From NCBI RefSeq assembly GCF_009914755.1, contig NC_060947.1: a stretch of DNA of 64,000 bases, one strand, 5' to 3'. Origin of the DNA: the human T2T-CHM13v2.0 reference genome, Homo sapiens. Below are positions 43,335 to 56,328 of this stretch, one piece after another. The position numbers were made by a program, and so were the translations under genes. The notes below the pieces were generated by a model. The model was not told the DNA's origin. It worked only from the letters and a program-made list of their open reading frames with translations, and searched no databases. Position 1 is the stretch's first letter. Each line of letters begins with the position of its first letter.

Positions 43335-43820
43335 AAAATGAACCGAGATACCTAGCTTTCCTCTGTTTGCATGATATTTAGCATAGTCAGCTTCAGAAGG
43401 ATATTTGAATTTCCACGTTTTCTTTCCACTTCGATCCATATTAGACTGTGAACTAATAAAAAGCAATATCAATTAATTTAAAATGCAAGTAATTACAATT
43501 CTGTTACCTTCAGAATATATAAAAAGTCTATTTTAAATTCCGATGAGATATAATCCTCTATTGTTCTGTTTTCATTTGGTGAAATGAAAATATCTAAGTC
43601 ACTCTCAATAACTGTGTGTGTGTTTGTTTGTATATATATGTATAGATATGTGTATATCTATATATGTATATATACATGTTTGTGTATATATACATATATA
43701 GATATACATACATACACACACACAAAGATATATATACCCCTTAGATACTCTTTGATTTTTTTATCCTTTATTTTCCTTGAAGTAGCACATTTAAAATAAA
43801 TGAAACCTCAGAGTTTCTCT
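43335..43820 (-). repeat. right arm of ~485 bp inverted repeat
   Basis: aaaatgaaccgagatacctagc...cctcagagtttctct is the reverse complement of 42062-42543. Confidence 0.97.
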
Positions 43821-44111
43821 TATACATTGGCTGAAATCCCCAGCTAACAACTTCATTACTTTAAATAAATAAGTACCTGCAGACCTTTAGGAAGAAGAAA
43901 TATTTTCTTTCCTTTAATATTTTCATAGGGCAATACTCTATTAAAAACGCATAATTATTATTCAAAAGTTATGAAAGACAAGTAAATTGTGGATATAATT
44001 AAAAGTTCAAAAATTACTAAATAAAATGCAGTTTAAATTATTAATGGATCTTTAAGTTAAAGTAGGGATACTACTTTATGTTTTTATTGAAGACAAGAGA
44101 TGCCTGGATGA

Positions 44112-44574
<463 letters not shown>

Positions 44575-44882
44575 CAAATGTCACATTTTAAAAGTGTCTT
44601 TAGGACATATAATTGAGATCACAGTGTTAACTGCATCCAGCCACTATTTTTTTCTTTGAATAATTATCAAATATTTAATAAAGGTTTATCATCAAAATAC
44701 AGCTAAAGGTAAACCTTTATCTTTTTTATACCTACATCACTTCTAAGACTTAAGCGAAATTTGTAAACATTATAAAGTTTAAATTTATTACTATGAATTC
44801 TAATCATTTTATTAATATTAAGCATATAAGCATGAGTGAAAAGGTAAATCAAAACCATTAAAGTATTATTATCATGGATGAT

Positions 44883-45348
44883 GTGGCAGGTAGAATATTT
44901 CCCTGAAGATGTACGTGACCTAATCTCCAACACCTGTGAATACATTACCTTAAATGACAAAGGACTTTTCAGATGTAATTAAGTTAAGGATCTTGAGATG
45001 AAGAGGCTATTCTTGATTATTTAGTTAAATCCAAAGTAATCACAAAGATCTTAATAAAAGAAAGAAGAGTCAGAATTAGAGAAGGAGATGTGATGATTAA
45101 AGTAGAGGTTGGAATGAGGATGCCAATGCCAAGGAGTGCAGGTGATCTCTAGCAGGTGTGACAGGCAAATAATCGATTCTCTCCTAGAGCCTCCAGAAAA
45201 AATGATAGCCCTGATGACAAACTGATCTCAATCCTGTAAGACCCATTTTGAATTCTGACCTCCAAAACGGTAAGATAATACATTTCTGTTGGTTTTGAGG
45301 TATAAAATTTGTTGTAATTTGTTAGAGCTGCAGTAGGAAAATAATACA
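44883..45348 (+). mobile_element. MLT1D-like LTR
   Basis: tgtggcaggtagaat...gatgtaattaagttaaggatcttgagatg...gcagtaggaaaataataca. Confidence 0.8.
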
Positions 45349-46569
45349 GGTATGTATAATTTAAACTTCCCATATTATAATAGCATGCTTTTATATTTCT
45401 AAAGATGTCTTGCATAGCTTAAATCAGACACCTAACTAAATACAAAATGTATAATCGTTATAATTCAAGTTAGCAATCACATGACTCCAAGAAACAGAGA
45501 CTCACTCAAGATAGTTAAAATAAGTAGGGAATTTAGTTTACTTTGTTGTAAAAGGAGAACCTTATAGGGCCCAATATTTAGAAGTAGAGCTTAACCTGCA
45601 GAAACTAGAAGAGCAGGCAGATAGTGTCTTATTCTTTTATTCCCTGACTTTTGTTCTTGCTCTCTCTTCCCAGCCTTCATCAATCTTAATATAAAAATGG
45701 ATCCTAAGCTGGAAAAATATTTTTAAAAAATCAATGTTGCAAAGTGTACCAAGACTATATTATTACTGGCCTGCCAAGAATAAGACAGCAGTACCACAAA
45801 CATTTTAGTATGGAATCTAAACATCAAAACAGTGCAGAAACTTTACTTTCTCATAATACAAGCCATTCTAATTAGATGATTCTGTCAAAATGTCTTCTTC
45901 AGTGGTAGATGGACATACAACTATTTTCTAAGACAGAGTTAAAGGAATCATTTGGTAGCTTACAGAAAGCCAAACCTCTACTTCTGTCTCTAAAACAGGA
46001 ACATCCCTGCTCTGCAGATATGGAGTAATCATAAAGTAACTCAATAATTATTCTTCTAGTACACTGGTATAATGACTATAATTTTTTCCTTCCTTCCTCA
46101 AATCACCTCAAAAACATTTCGTTTTCTCCGTATCTCATGCAGTGGTCCTAAGATCAGGGCTGCAACTACAAGTGGTGGAAGAAGGGATGGTTTCTAAGCA
46201 AGAAACTAACTATTTTTAAAACTTATGTCAGAATTTCTAGGGGCCTGATGAGAGTGGATTGTGCCTTTACCCCATCCGTCAAAATTAGGGCTAACAGTGA
46301 ATACAACTATATCGTCTGGTGGCAGAAACAGCCTACTAGTTCTGTGCCTATGTAACCTTATCCTAACTGAGTGTGAGTGGACTGAGAGGAAGGCACTTGC
46401 TGGACTAGTATTGCTATCAGCAATCTGGTCCAGCACAGTGGCTGAGCCTAATGTCCCTTCCAAATGTGGAAAAGTGTGAATAAAAATAAATGACAAATGG
46501 ATGAAAAGAGAATAGCTGAGGGTAAAGAAATGAATCAATGGGTAACAAATTGAGGAAAATCTAATATTA

Positions 46570-47470
46570 ACAACTTGACAGAGTCTCAGAGCAAGAGATG
46601 ACGTTGTCTCTTAGCTCAATTATTCCAGATGCTTGAATGGATGAAGCTATAGATCTGCCAAAATGACTCTTGCTTTTGGAACCTGACAAAATTGAAAGAA
46701 AGTCTACAAACGTGAGTGGTCTCACTCTGGGAGACAGCCATACAACATGATGGACTGAACTAATTGTTAATGACTGTGTATATTTATTTATTGATGTAAA
46801 GGATCCATGGTAGAAAACCAGGGGTTGGCCTGTGGTGTTATTACACACACTATATATATATATATATATATATAGTATGTGTGTGTGTGTGTATATATAT
46901 GTATGTATATATATGCACACAATAACAGGAGATACATGTATATACACACTATATATTTTACAATATATAAATGTACGTGTATATTATATATATTGTATAC
47001 ACACACATATATATAATATATATACCATAACCTATATATAGGTTTCCATCCAGGGTTTCTGGCTTATGACACCCATAGCCCTTGTTACAGTTTTGTGTTA
47101 TAATGATGGGTGCATTAGGCTACAGGGGCAGGCCTCAGGAAACAGAATCTCTGACATTATCCTGTCCTCCTTTCACCTGCCCGAAGCAAGACTCTAACCT
47201 TTCCCTGCCTTTCTGATTGTCGGTCTTAAGACCCTCACCAGAGTGGATTCTGTCCTATACTCTGGGGAAAGGAATTCTGGCAGCATGAAACTTCCATAAA
47301 ACCCCAAGGAAACTGGGTTTGGAGAGCTTCTGGATGGCTGAACATGTGGAGGTTCCTGGAGAGTGGCACGCCAAGGGATGGCGGGGAAGTTCCACACCCC
47401 TTTTTCGATACCTCTCTCTATGTTTATCTTTATCCGTATCCTTTATAATATCCTTTAGAATAAACTGGTA
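46570..47470 (+). mobile_element. MER21-type LTR (from about 46831, with a TA/TG expansion) preceded by a probable internal fragment
   Basis: PPT-like aggggttggcc then tgtggtgtta; cccatagcccttgttacag...ggagagcttctggatggctgaac. Confidence 0.6.
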
Positions 47471-47829
<359 letters not shown>

Positions 47830-48057
47830 TTAATAATAATAACACCCAGAATTTATTATATATTATAAAAATCAGTGGCTATCATGGGCCAGAGACCCAC
47901 ACTGAAGTCATTTATAAAATATCTTTAAAATTCCCCACCCAAGTAAGAGGCAGAATCAGATTTTGGATCATTCTATCCCCTATTAATAAAAACACTACTC
48001 CATTTTTGTCACTGTAGTGATAAGAACACTGTACATTCTTGTTGGTTATAAAAAATA

Positions 48058-48367
48058 GGCTGGGCATGGTGGCTCATGCCTGTAATCCCAGCACTTTGAG
48101 AGGCTGAGGTGGGCAGACTGCTTGAGCTCAGGAGTTCGAGAACAGCCTGGGCAACATGGCAAAACCCCGTCTCTACAAAAAATGCAAAACTTACCTGGGC
48201 ATGGTGGCTCACACCTCTAGTCCCAGCTACTTGGGAGGTTGAGGCAGGAGGATCACTTGAGCCAGGGAGGCAGAGTTTGCAGTGAGCCAGGATCTCACCA
48301 CTGCACTCCAGCTTGGGTGACAAGAGGGAGGCCTTGTCTCAAAAATAAGTAAATAAATAAAATAAAA
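48058..48367 (+). mobile_element. AluJ
   Basis: J-type features (gcttgagctcaggag, ggaggatcacttgagcc). Confidence 0.93.
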
Positions 48368-49495
48368 ACATACACAGCTCTAAAATCTACAAATTGTTAT
48401 TTAATACTACTAGAAACATATAAAGCAAATGAAAAGAAAAAATAAAACCAAGTGCAATATTTTCGAGCTTTTCTACAGGATATTTACATTATTCACAAGT
48501 CATTTACCTGAATCAGAGACCTAACCACACCATCTTTTATCACTTTCAGCCTAGATTCATCCTTCTCCCAGCAGCGGTGATGAATGGCCACCAGATGAAA
48601 AAGCATAGGCTGTATCGAAAAAACTGACAATTCTTCTTAAGAGGATTAACTATGCAGTGGTTGTTGTAACAAAGATAAGATTATTTTCAAACTTGGCAGC
48701 AAGTGCATCCAGGGATAAATCCAGGTTCTGTAGTGCTTGAAGCTTGTTTGATTTGCACAGCCTCTTTAACAGAGGAGAATATAAAATTAAAACTAAAAAA
48801 CAAAAGTATGAAAGGGAATATTTATTTAGCATAGGAAAAGAGATCAAAACAAATTATAAATTTTGAAAGCTAATAAATATCACAAGCACCACGAAATTCA
48901 GAAAAAGAATAACTTAATTGACTGACACATTTCTGAAATGCATTTAGCCCCTATATTTCTTGTCTATATCATCTTTTATTCCCTCTTCATGTGACAATGA
49001 TTTTTGTATCATCATTTTCTATAGGAAGTATTATTTTCTATAGATAATGGTATCATTTTACATGCATAGCTGATTGAATTTTTAAATATACGTATATTTC
49101 AGCTTTATAACTTATTCATATCATACACATTCTTAAAAAGACTGTCAAGTTTGTGATGCCTCTTTTAAAGTTATTTTATAGGTGAGTTGTAAAATGTCAG
49201 GGCACTTACAATTTTCTTATGCAGTTTCTAATCTTAAATAATATTTGGCATAACACAGTTTTTTGATGTCTTCATTGAAGTGCCGTATTATGAGTTTTGA
49301 GCTCTTTCATTAATAACACTATTTCCTGTCAAAACAGCTAGAAATTTAAAAAATTGCAGTGTATTTATATGATTCATTCATCTTTATTAATTGTATTATA
49401 CATTGATACAAAGGATTATTTAATAGATCTATTCAAAATGCATCTCTTCTTCATGAATTACTGTTTTAGTTATTTTCAAAAAAAATACAACTTGT

Positions 49496-49625
49496 TTTTT
49501 TTTTAGCTTTGTAGAGGAATGTTCTGTGTTGTCTAGGCTGGTCTCGAACTCCTAGCCTCAAGTGATCCTCCTACCTAAGTCTTCCAAAGTGCTGGTATTT
49601 CAGGTGTGAGCCACCATGCCTAGCC
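49496..49625 (-). mobile_element. FLAM (free left Alu monomer)
   Basis: Single antisense monomer; TSD-like acaacttg/ataacttg. Confidence 0.8.
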
Positions 49626-49711
49626 ATAACTTGCTTTTTGATGTTATAATAATTTCTATTGCTTTTTATCATGCATTTTTGTAACATGCTACAGTTAATT
49701 ATTTTAGTTTT

Positions 49712-50010
49712 AACTGTTCTTTTTTAAATTCCACATATAAGTGACATTATGTAGTATTTTTCTTTCTGTTTCTGGCTTATTTCACTTAGAATAATGTCGT
49801 CCAAGTTCATCCATGTTGTAGTAAACGACAAGAGAAGATAAAGAGAATAAAAGGATGGTTACCAGGAGTGGGAGGTGGGGAATGGATACAAATGGATACC
49901 AGGAGTGGTGGAGGTTTATGTCAAAGGATACAAATTCATAGATATATAGGATGAACAAGCCTGAAGATCTAATGTACAACATGAAAACTATAGTTAATAA
50001 AATAATCTAA
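49712..50010 (+). mobile_element. short L1MA 3' fragment with 5' inversion (49712-49830 inverted)
   Basis: Antisense piece ending at tgtggaatttaaaaaa joined to sense piece ggatggttaccagg...gatctaatgtacaacatga. Confidence 0.7.
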
Positions 50011-50144
50011 AGTTTTTTAAGTTCTTCAATAAAGATATTTAATAAAGATAACAACAGAAGGTAGCTTTCATATACATCCAAATTAGATGTCTATATTTCA
50101 TACTTCTTTCATTTATGGAACACTTTGAAATGTTCTTTAAGCTG

Positions 50145-50435
50145 AAAACTTCAACATCCCACTTCAGCAATGGACTGATTATCCAGTCAGTAATTCAACA
50201 GAGAAACAACAGACTTAATCTGTACTGTAGACTAAATGGAAGTAATAGATATTTACAGAACATTTCACCCAGTGGCTGTAGAATACACATTATTCTCCAC
50301 AGCACGTGGATTATTCTCAAGGATAGACTGGATTCTAGGCCACAAAATAAATTATTAAAAATTCCAAAAAGTTGAAATTATATCAACTATCTTCTCTGAA
50401 CACAATGAAATAAATCTGAAAATCAATAACAAGAT
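50145..50435 (+). mobile_element. L1 ORF2 endonuclease-region fragment
   Basis: acttcaacatcccacttcagcaatggac...tatttacagaacatttcaccc...aaatcaataacaaga. Confidence 0.8.
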
Positions 50436-50447
50436 AAATACAACTTG

Positions 50448-50828
50448 TATCCCCTGTGACCTGCACGTATACATCCAGATGGCCTGAAGCTACTGAAGAT
50501 CCACAAAAGAAGTGAAAATAGCCTTAACTGATGACATTCCACCATTGTGATTTGTTTCTGCCCCACCCTAACTGATCAATGTACTTTGTAATCTCCCCCA
50601 CCCTTAAGAAGGTTCTTTGTCATTCTCCCCACCCTTGAGAATGTACTTTGTGAGATCCACCCCCTGCCCACAAAACATCGCTCCTAACTCCACCGCCTAT
50701 CCCAAAACCTGTAAGAACTAATGATAATCCCACCACCCTTGGCTGACTCCTTTTTCAGACTCAGCCCACCTGCACCCAGGTGAAATAAACAGCCTTGTTG
50801 TTCACACAAAGCCTGGATGCGTGAAACA
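50448..50828 (+). promoter_or_regulatory. LTR7 (LTR7B-like), lacking the first ~30 bp
   Basis: tatcccctgtgacctgcacgtatacatccagatggcctgaag; ~31 bp U3 tandem units at about 50580-50653; AATAAA at 50784. Confidence 0.9.
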
Positions 50829-51344
50829 TTTAGTGCTGAAGGCCCAGGTCAGAGGGACTCCTTCGGGAGACCAGTCCCCTGTCCTCACCCTCACTCCATG
50901 AAGAGATCCACTTACGACCTCGGGTCCTCAGACCAACCAGCCCAAGCAACATCTCACCAATTTCAAATCAGGTAAGCAGTCTTTTCACTCTCTTTGCCAG
51001 CCTCTCTCGCTACCCTTCAATCTCTCTGTCCTTCCAATTCCAGTTCTTTTTCCTCTCTAGTAGAGACAAAGGAGACACATTTTATCCGCAGACCCAAAAC
51101 TCCAGTGCCGGTCATGGACTTGGGAAGCCAGTCTTCCCTTGGTGTTTAATCACTGCAGGGACACCTGCCTGATTATTCACCCACACTCCATTGGTGTCTG
51201 ATCACCTGCCTTGGTCATTCACCCACGTTCCCTTGGTGGCAAGTCAACTGAGGGGATGCCTGCTTTGGCTGCTCACCCACATTGCAGCCCAGGGCTGCTC
51301 CCTACCCCACTTCTCTGTGTCTCTACCCTTCTCTTTAAACTTGC

Positions 51345-52951
51345 CTCCTTCACCCTCCATTCCTCCTTCTTCTCCCTTAGCCTGTGTTCTCGAGAACTTA
51401 AAACCTCTTCAACTCTCACCTGACCTAAAATCTAAGCGTCTTATTTTCTTCTGCAATGCTGCTTGGCCCTAATACAAACTCGACAATGGTTCCAAATGGC
51501 CAGAAAATGGCACTTTTGATTTCTCCATCCTATGAGACATAGATAATTTTTGTCGAAAAATGGGCAAATGGTCTGAGGTGCCTTACATCCAGGCATTTTT
51601 CACACTTCGTTCCCTCCCTAGTCTCTGTTCCCAATGCAACTCATCCCAAATCCTCCTCCTTTCCCTCTCACCTGTCCCTTCAGTCCCAACCCCAAACATC
51701 ACTGAGTCTTGTGAATCTTCCTTTTCTACTGACCCATCTGACCTCTCACCTCCTTCCCAGACTGCTCCTCCTCAGGTTGCTCCCCGCCAGGCTGAATCAG
51801 GCTCCAACTCTTCTTCAGCCTCTGCTTCCCCACACTATAACCCTTCTATTACCTCCCCTCCCCACACCCGGTCTGGTTTATAGTTTCGTTCTGTGACTAG
51901 CTCTCCCCAACCTGCCCAACAATTTCCTCTTACAGAGGTGGCTGGAGCTGAAGGCATAGTCAGGGTACATGTGCCTTTTTCTCTATCAGACTTTTCCCAA
52001 ATCAGCCAGCGTTTAGGCTTTTTCTCATCAGACCCCACTAAATATATACAGGAATTCCGATATCTAACTCTGTCCTATAATTTAACCTGGAATGACTTAA
52101 ATGTCATCCTAACTTCTATCCTCTTCCCAGATGAACGGGAAAGAGTTTTTTCTCTAGCCCAATCTCATGCTGATAACTGCCAGCTTCATGAGCCAGACCT
52201 CCAGGAAGGCATTAGAGCAGTTCCCCGAGAAGAACCCCAATGGAACTATCAGGCAGATTCCCCAGGTATAGCTAGGCGAGATTACATGGTTTCCTGCCTA
52301 GTTGAAGGGCTTAAAAAGGCAGCTTACGAAGCTGTTAATTATGACAAACTTACAGAAACTACCCAAGGTAAAGACGAAAACCCAGCCCAGTTCATGGCTC
52401 GCTTAGCAGCAACCCTTAGACACTTTACCATTCTAGACCCACAGGGGCCAGAAGGCCGCCTTATTCTTAATATGCATTTTATCACCCAGTCAGCTCCTGA
52501 CATTAGAAAAAAGCTTCAAAAATTGGAATCCAGCCCTCAAACCCCACAACAGGAATTAATCAACCTCGCCTTCAAGGTGTACAGTAATAGAGAGGAGGTA
52601 GCCAGACAGCAACACATTTCTGAGTTACAGCTACTTGCCTCTGCTGTAAGACAACCCACAACCACGTCTCCAGCATACAAAAACTTCAGAACATCCAAGC
52701 CACAGCTCCCAGGGGCTCCATCAAAATATCCTCGTGGACCTTGCTTCAAATGCCAAAAGCCTGGCCACTGGGCCTCAGAATGCCCACAGCCCGGGATTCC
52801 CCCTAAGCCATGCCCTGTCTGTGCAGGCCCCCACTGGAGGTCTGACTGTCTGACTCACATCACCATCGCTCCTAAAGCTCCTGGAGCCCAAACCCAACAT
52901 TCCTTGGCCGACTCCTTCCCAGATCTCCTTGGCTTAGCAGCTGAAGAATGA
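51345..52951 (+). pseudogene. gag: HERV-H gag (MA-CA-NC) with three in-frame stops, then open 51884-52951
   Basis: MHR-like TTQGKDENPAQFMARL; zinc knuckles CFKCQKPGHWASEC and CPVCAGPHWRSDC; stops at 51470 (TAA), 51533 (TGA), 51881 (TAG) in one frame. Confidence 0.9.
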
Positions 52952-53556
52952 CACTGCCCTATTGCCTCGGAAGCCCCCTGGACCATCACAGATGCCAAGC
53001 TTCAGGTAACTCTTACAGTGGAGGGTGAGTCTGTCCCCTTCTTAATCAATACAGAGGCTACCCACTCCACATTACCTTCTTTTCAAGGGCCTGTTTCCCT
53101 TACCTCTGTAACTGTTGTGGGTATTGACGGCCAGGCTTCTAAACCTCTTACGACTCCCCAACTCTGGTGCCAACTTGGACAACATCCTTTTATGCACTCT
53201 TTTTTAGTTATCCCCACCTGCCCAGCTCCCTTATTAGGTCAAGACACTTTAACCAAATTATCTGCTTCCCTGACTATTCCTGGGCTACAGCCACACCTTA
53301 TTGCTACCCTTTTCCCCAGTTCAAAGCCTCCTTCGCATCCTCCCCTTGTATCTCCTCACCTTAATCCACAAGTGTGGGACACCTCTACTCCCTCTTTGGA
53401 GACTGATCATGCACCCCTTATCATCCCATTAAAACCTAATCACCCATCACCCTTACCCCACTCAATGCCAATATCCCATCCCACAGCATGCTTTAAAAGG
53501 ATTAAAGCCTGTTATCACTCGCCTGCTATAGCATGGCCTTCTAAAGCCTATAACTC
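52952..53556 (+). pseudogene. HERV-H protease and first part of pol, truncated
   Basis: In frame after the gag TGA; active-site region reads LINTEAT (not DTGA); LLGQD motif; frameshift near 53440. Confidence 0.85.
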
Positions 53557-54135
53557 ACTTGTAAAGGTTATAGCCCAGGGACGGAAGCTCACTAAAAGAC
53601 TGAGACCTAATCATAAGATTATAGAATTAATTCTCACTCTCTTCCATGATTTACTACTCCGTTGATAGATTTCCTAAATAATAAGAGTACATTGCAGTTC
53701 AAAGAACTGCCCACCTCAAGTTTTATTTAATAAGGAGTTTCTAGGGAAACCCAATGGCAACAGGGAGGTAAAAACAAGGACACTAGAAGGCATTTTAGCT
53801 TCTGAGACCACAATTATGGCAAACAGTAAATATAATTTAAATCCCATCAAGATAAACATAAAACCTCAAATTAAAGTTCTATTATCTCATTTCCTTTCAT
53901 ATGCTACATTGTGTCTGGCTTTCAATAACAACAACAAAAAAATTAAAACCATGCTAAAAGGCAAGAAACATAGTCTGAAGAGACAAGCCAAGCATCCTAA
54001 CATGCCTCAGACATGGTATCACTATTGGAATGATCAGACTAGGAATTTTAAATAAGTATGATTAATATGCTAAGGGCTCTAACAGGAAAAAAACTGGATA
54101 ACATTCAAAAGCATAAGGGTAATATAAGTAGAGAA
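53557..54135 (+). mobile_element. old L1M (L1MC/MD-type) 5' region fragment
   Basis: ctaaaagactgagacctaatcata...actatgattaatatgctaagggctcta-type motifs. Confidence 0.65.
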
Positions 54136-55812
54136 ATATATACATATATAAATAATTACTTCAAGTATAAATTGTCGAAATACAACAAATAAAAGACATG
54201 TTTTCATAGAGGCTTTAAAAAAAATTTTGTTACACAGATAAATTAAAACGAAAAACACAACACTTGACTTTCAAGGGTGTTGAAGATTGGCAATAATATA
54301 TGCATAGTGCTTGACAAATAGTAAGCATGTGGTTATTATTATCACATTTACTATTAATTTTTATTCCTCAACAAAATTTATTGTCTCAGAAATGCCCAGA
54401 AGTGCAGCACAAGTTATCAAATTGTCTTTCATGTATGATTAGAAGTGTCCGGTCTTAGTAATATCTTGGCTTTAACAGAAACTGACCATCAAATCAGTTT
54501 ACTACTTCCCTTTCAGCCTCCTCGATGGAAAACTTTTTCTCTCTCTTTCTCTCTCTCACTTTTACCATTGCATGTACTGCAGGGTCATGAAATGATGAAG
54601 GTACATATTTAGTATTGAGGCTTCCAAATAATTTTTGCTGCTTTTTTCCTTCAAAAACTCCAGCTCCAAGGATATGGGTAATCGGGCAATCTCATGTATT
54701 TTAGAGTAGGAGTGCTACAATCTTTTTGGAAAGTAATCTGTTAATATTGACTTAAAAGTAATAATAATAAAAAAACTAAAGACATAGGTACTTTTTGTAC
54801 CCGGAAATAATACATTTGGCAATATATTTTTATTATAAATAAAAGCATCATTATATAACCGTGCTTTTTTGCAATTAGTTGGAAGAAACAAAACCAAAAA
54901 GGCAGGGACAAGGGCTGAATGAACGAAATATAGCACATTCATGTTATGGAATATTATGCAGCTATTATAAAGAGTATCCTATGTACCCATATAGGCATCT
55001 ACTTATTTAATTACTTTTCCAGCTTTGTTAAAGAATGATTGACAAATAAAAATTATATGTATTTTAGGTGTACAATGTGGTTTTGATATATGTGTACATT
55101 GTGAAATGATTACCACAATCAAGGTAATTAATGTATACATCACCTCGCATAGTTACCTTTTGTGCATACGTATGACATTTACTTATTTTTAAATACGTTT
55201 CTTTGTGTATACCACCCGTAGATATGTCAAAAAAGTTATCTGAACTGAAAAAAGCAATATGGAGATGTATTTATGTTTGCCTAGATGTTCATAAATATAA
55301 GTAAAGAAAACTGGATGTCAGAATGTTCACATTAGTTTCTGTGGTGTTAACAGGTAAAAGAGGAAAAAGATAGTTACTATTGTATTTATGCATCTTTACA
55401 TTGTTTAATTGATTATACTGAGAACATGTTGTTTTTAATTAAAATATTTTTAAAATGTTAAAGATTACATCTCATTCCCCTTTTACAAGCTTACTTCTTC
55501 TGGTTAAAGTCAACTACTTGAAGTCTAGTCACTCTTCCTCATTAACTGGAAGCTCTTATTTCTGGCTCTCAGTTTTCCTTTCAATACATTTTTTTTCTGT
55601 GATTATCTTCTGTAACAACAAGGACATATGCAGAAATACATTATAGACATGCGATTTGAGATCATGTTGACATTAGGTTGCTTTCTTCCAGTCACTGGTA
55701 AAAGACAAATTAAATATAACAACTTATGAAAGTACACTGACATGTTGAGAAAAAAATATTATAGCAGCAAAAACATATATAACAAAATCATCATGAAGTC
55801 TAGATAACTTGA

Positions 55813-56328
<516 letters not shown>

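Larger units (their letters stand above)
50448..53556 (+). mobile_element. HERV-H provirus fragment: 5' LTR7, leader, gag, pro, start of pol; no env or 3' LTR
   Basis: LTR7 sequence, PBS, splice donor, and Gag/protease motifs in ORFs 51893-52951 and 53018-53665. Confidence 0.95.

Noticed and set aside
43155-43472. 105 aa Ile/Tyr-rich ORF on the minus strand
   Set aside because: Reads from the inverted arm into the TA tract; a low-complexity artefact.
42062-43820. Inverted arms as terminal inverted repeats of a new DNA transposon
   Set aside because: No TSD or transposase, and one arm end cuts through an older LTR; better explained as a rearrangement.
53018-53665. 215 aa ORF as a functional protease
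   Set aside because: Catalytic Asp absent (NTEA), frame shifts out of pol near 53440, and the C-terminus runs into L1 sequence.
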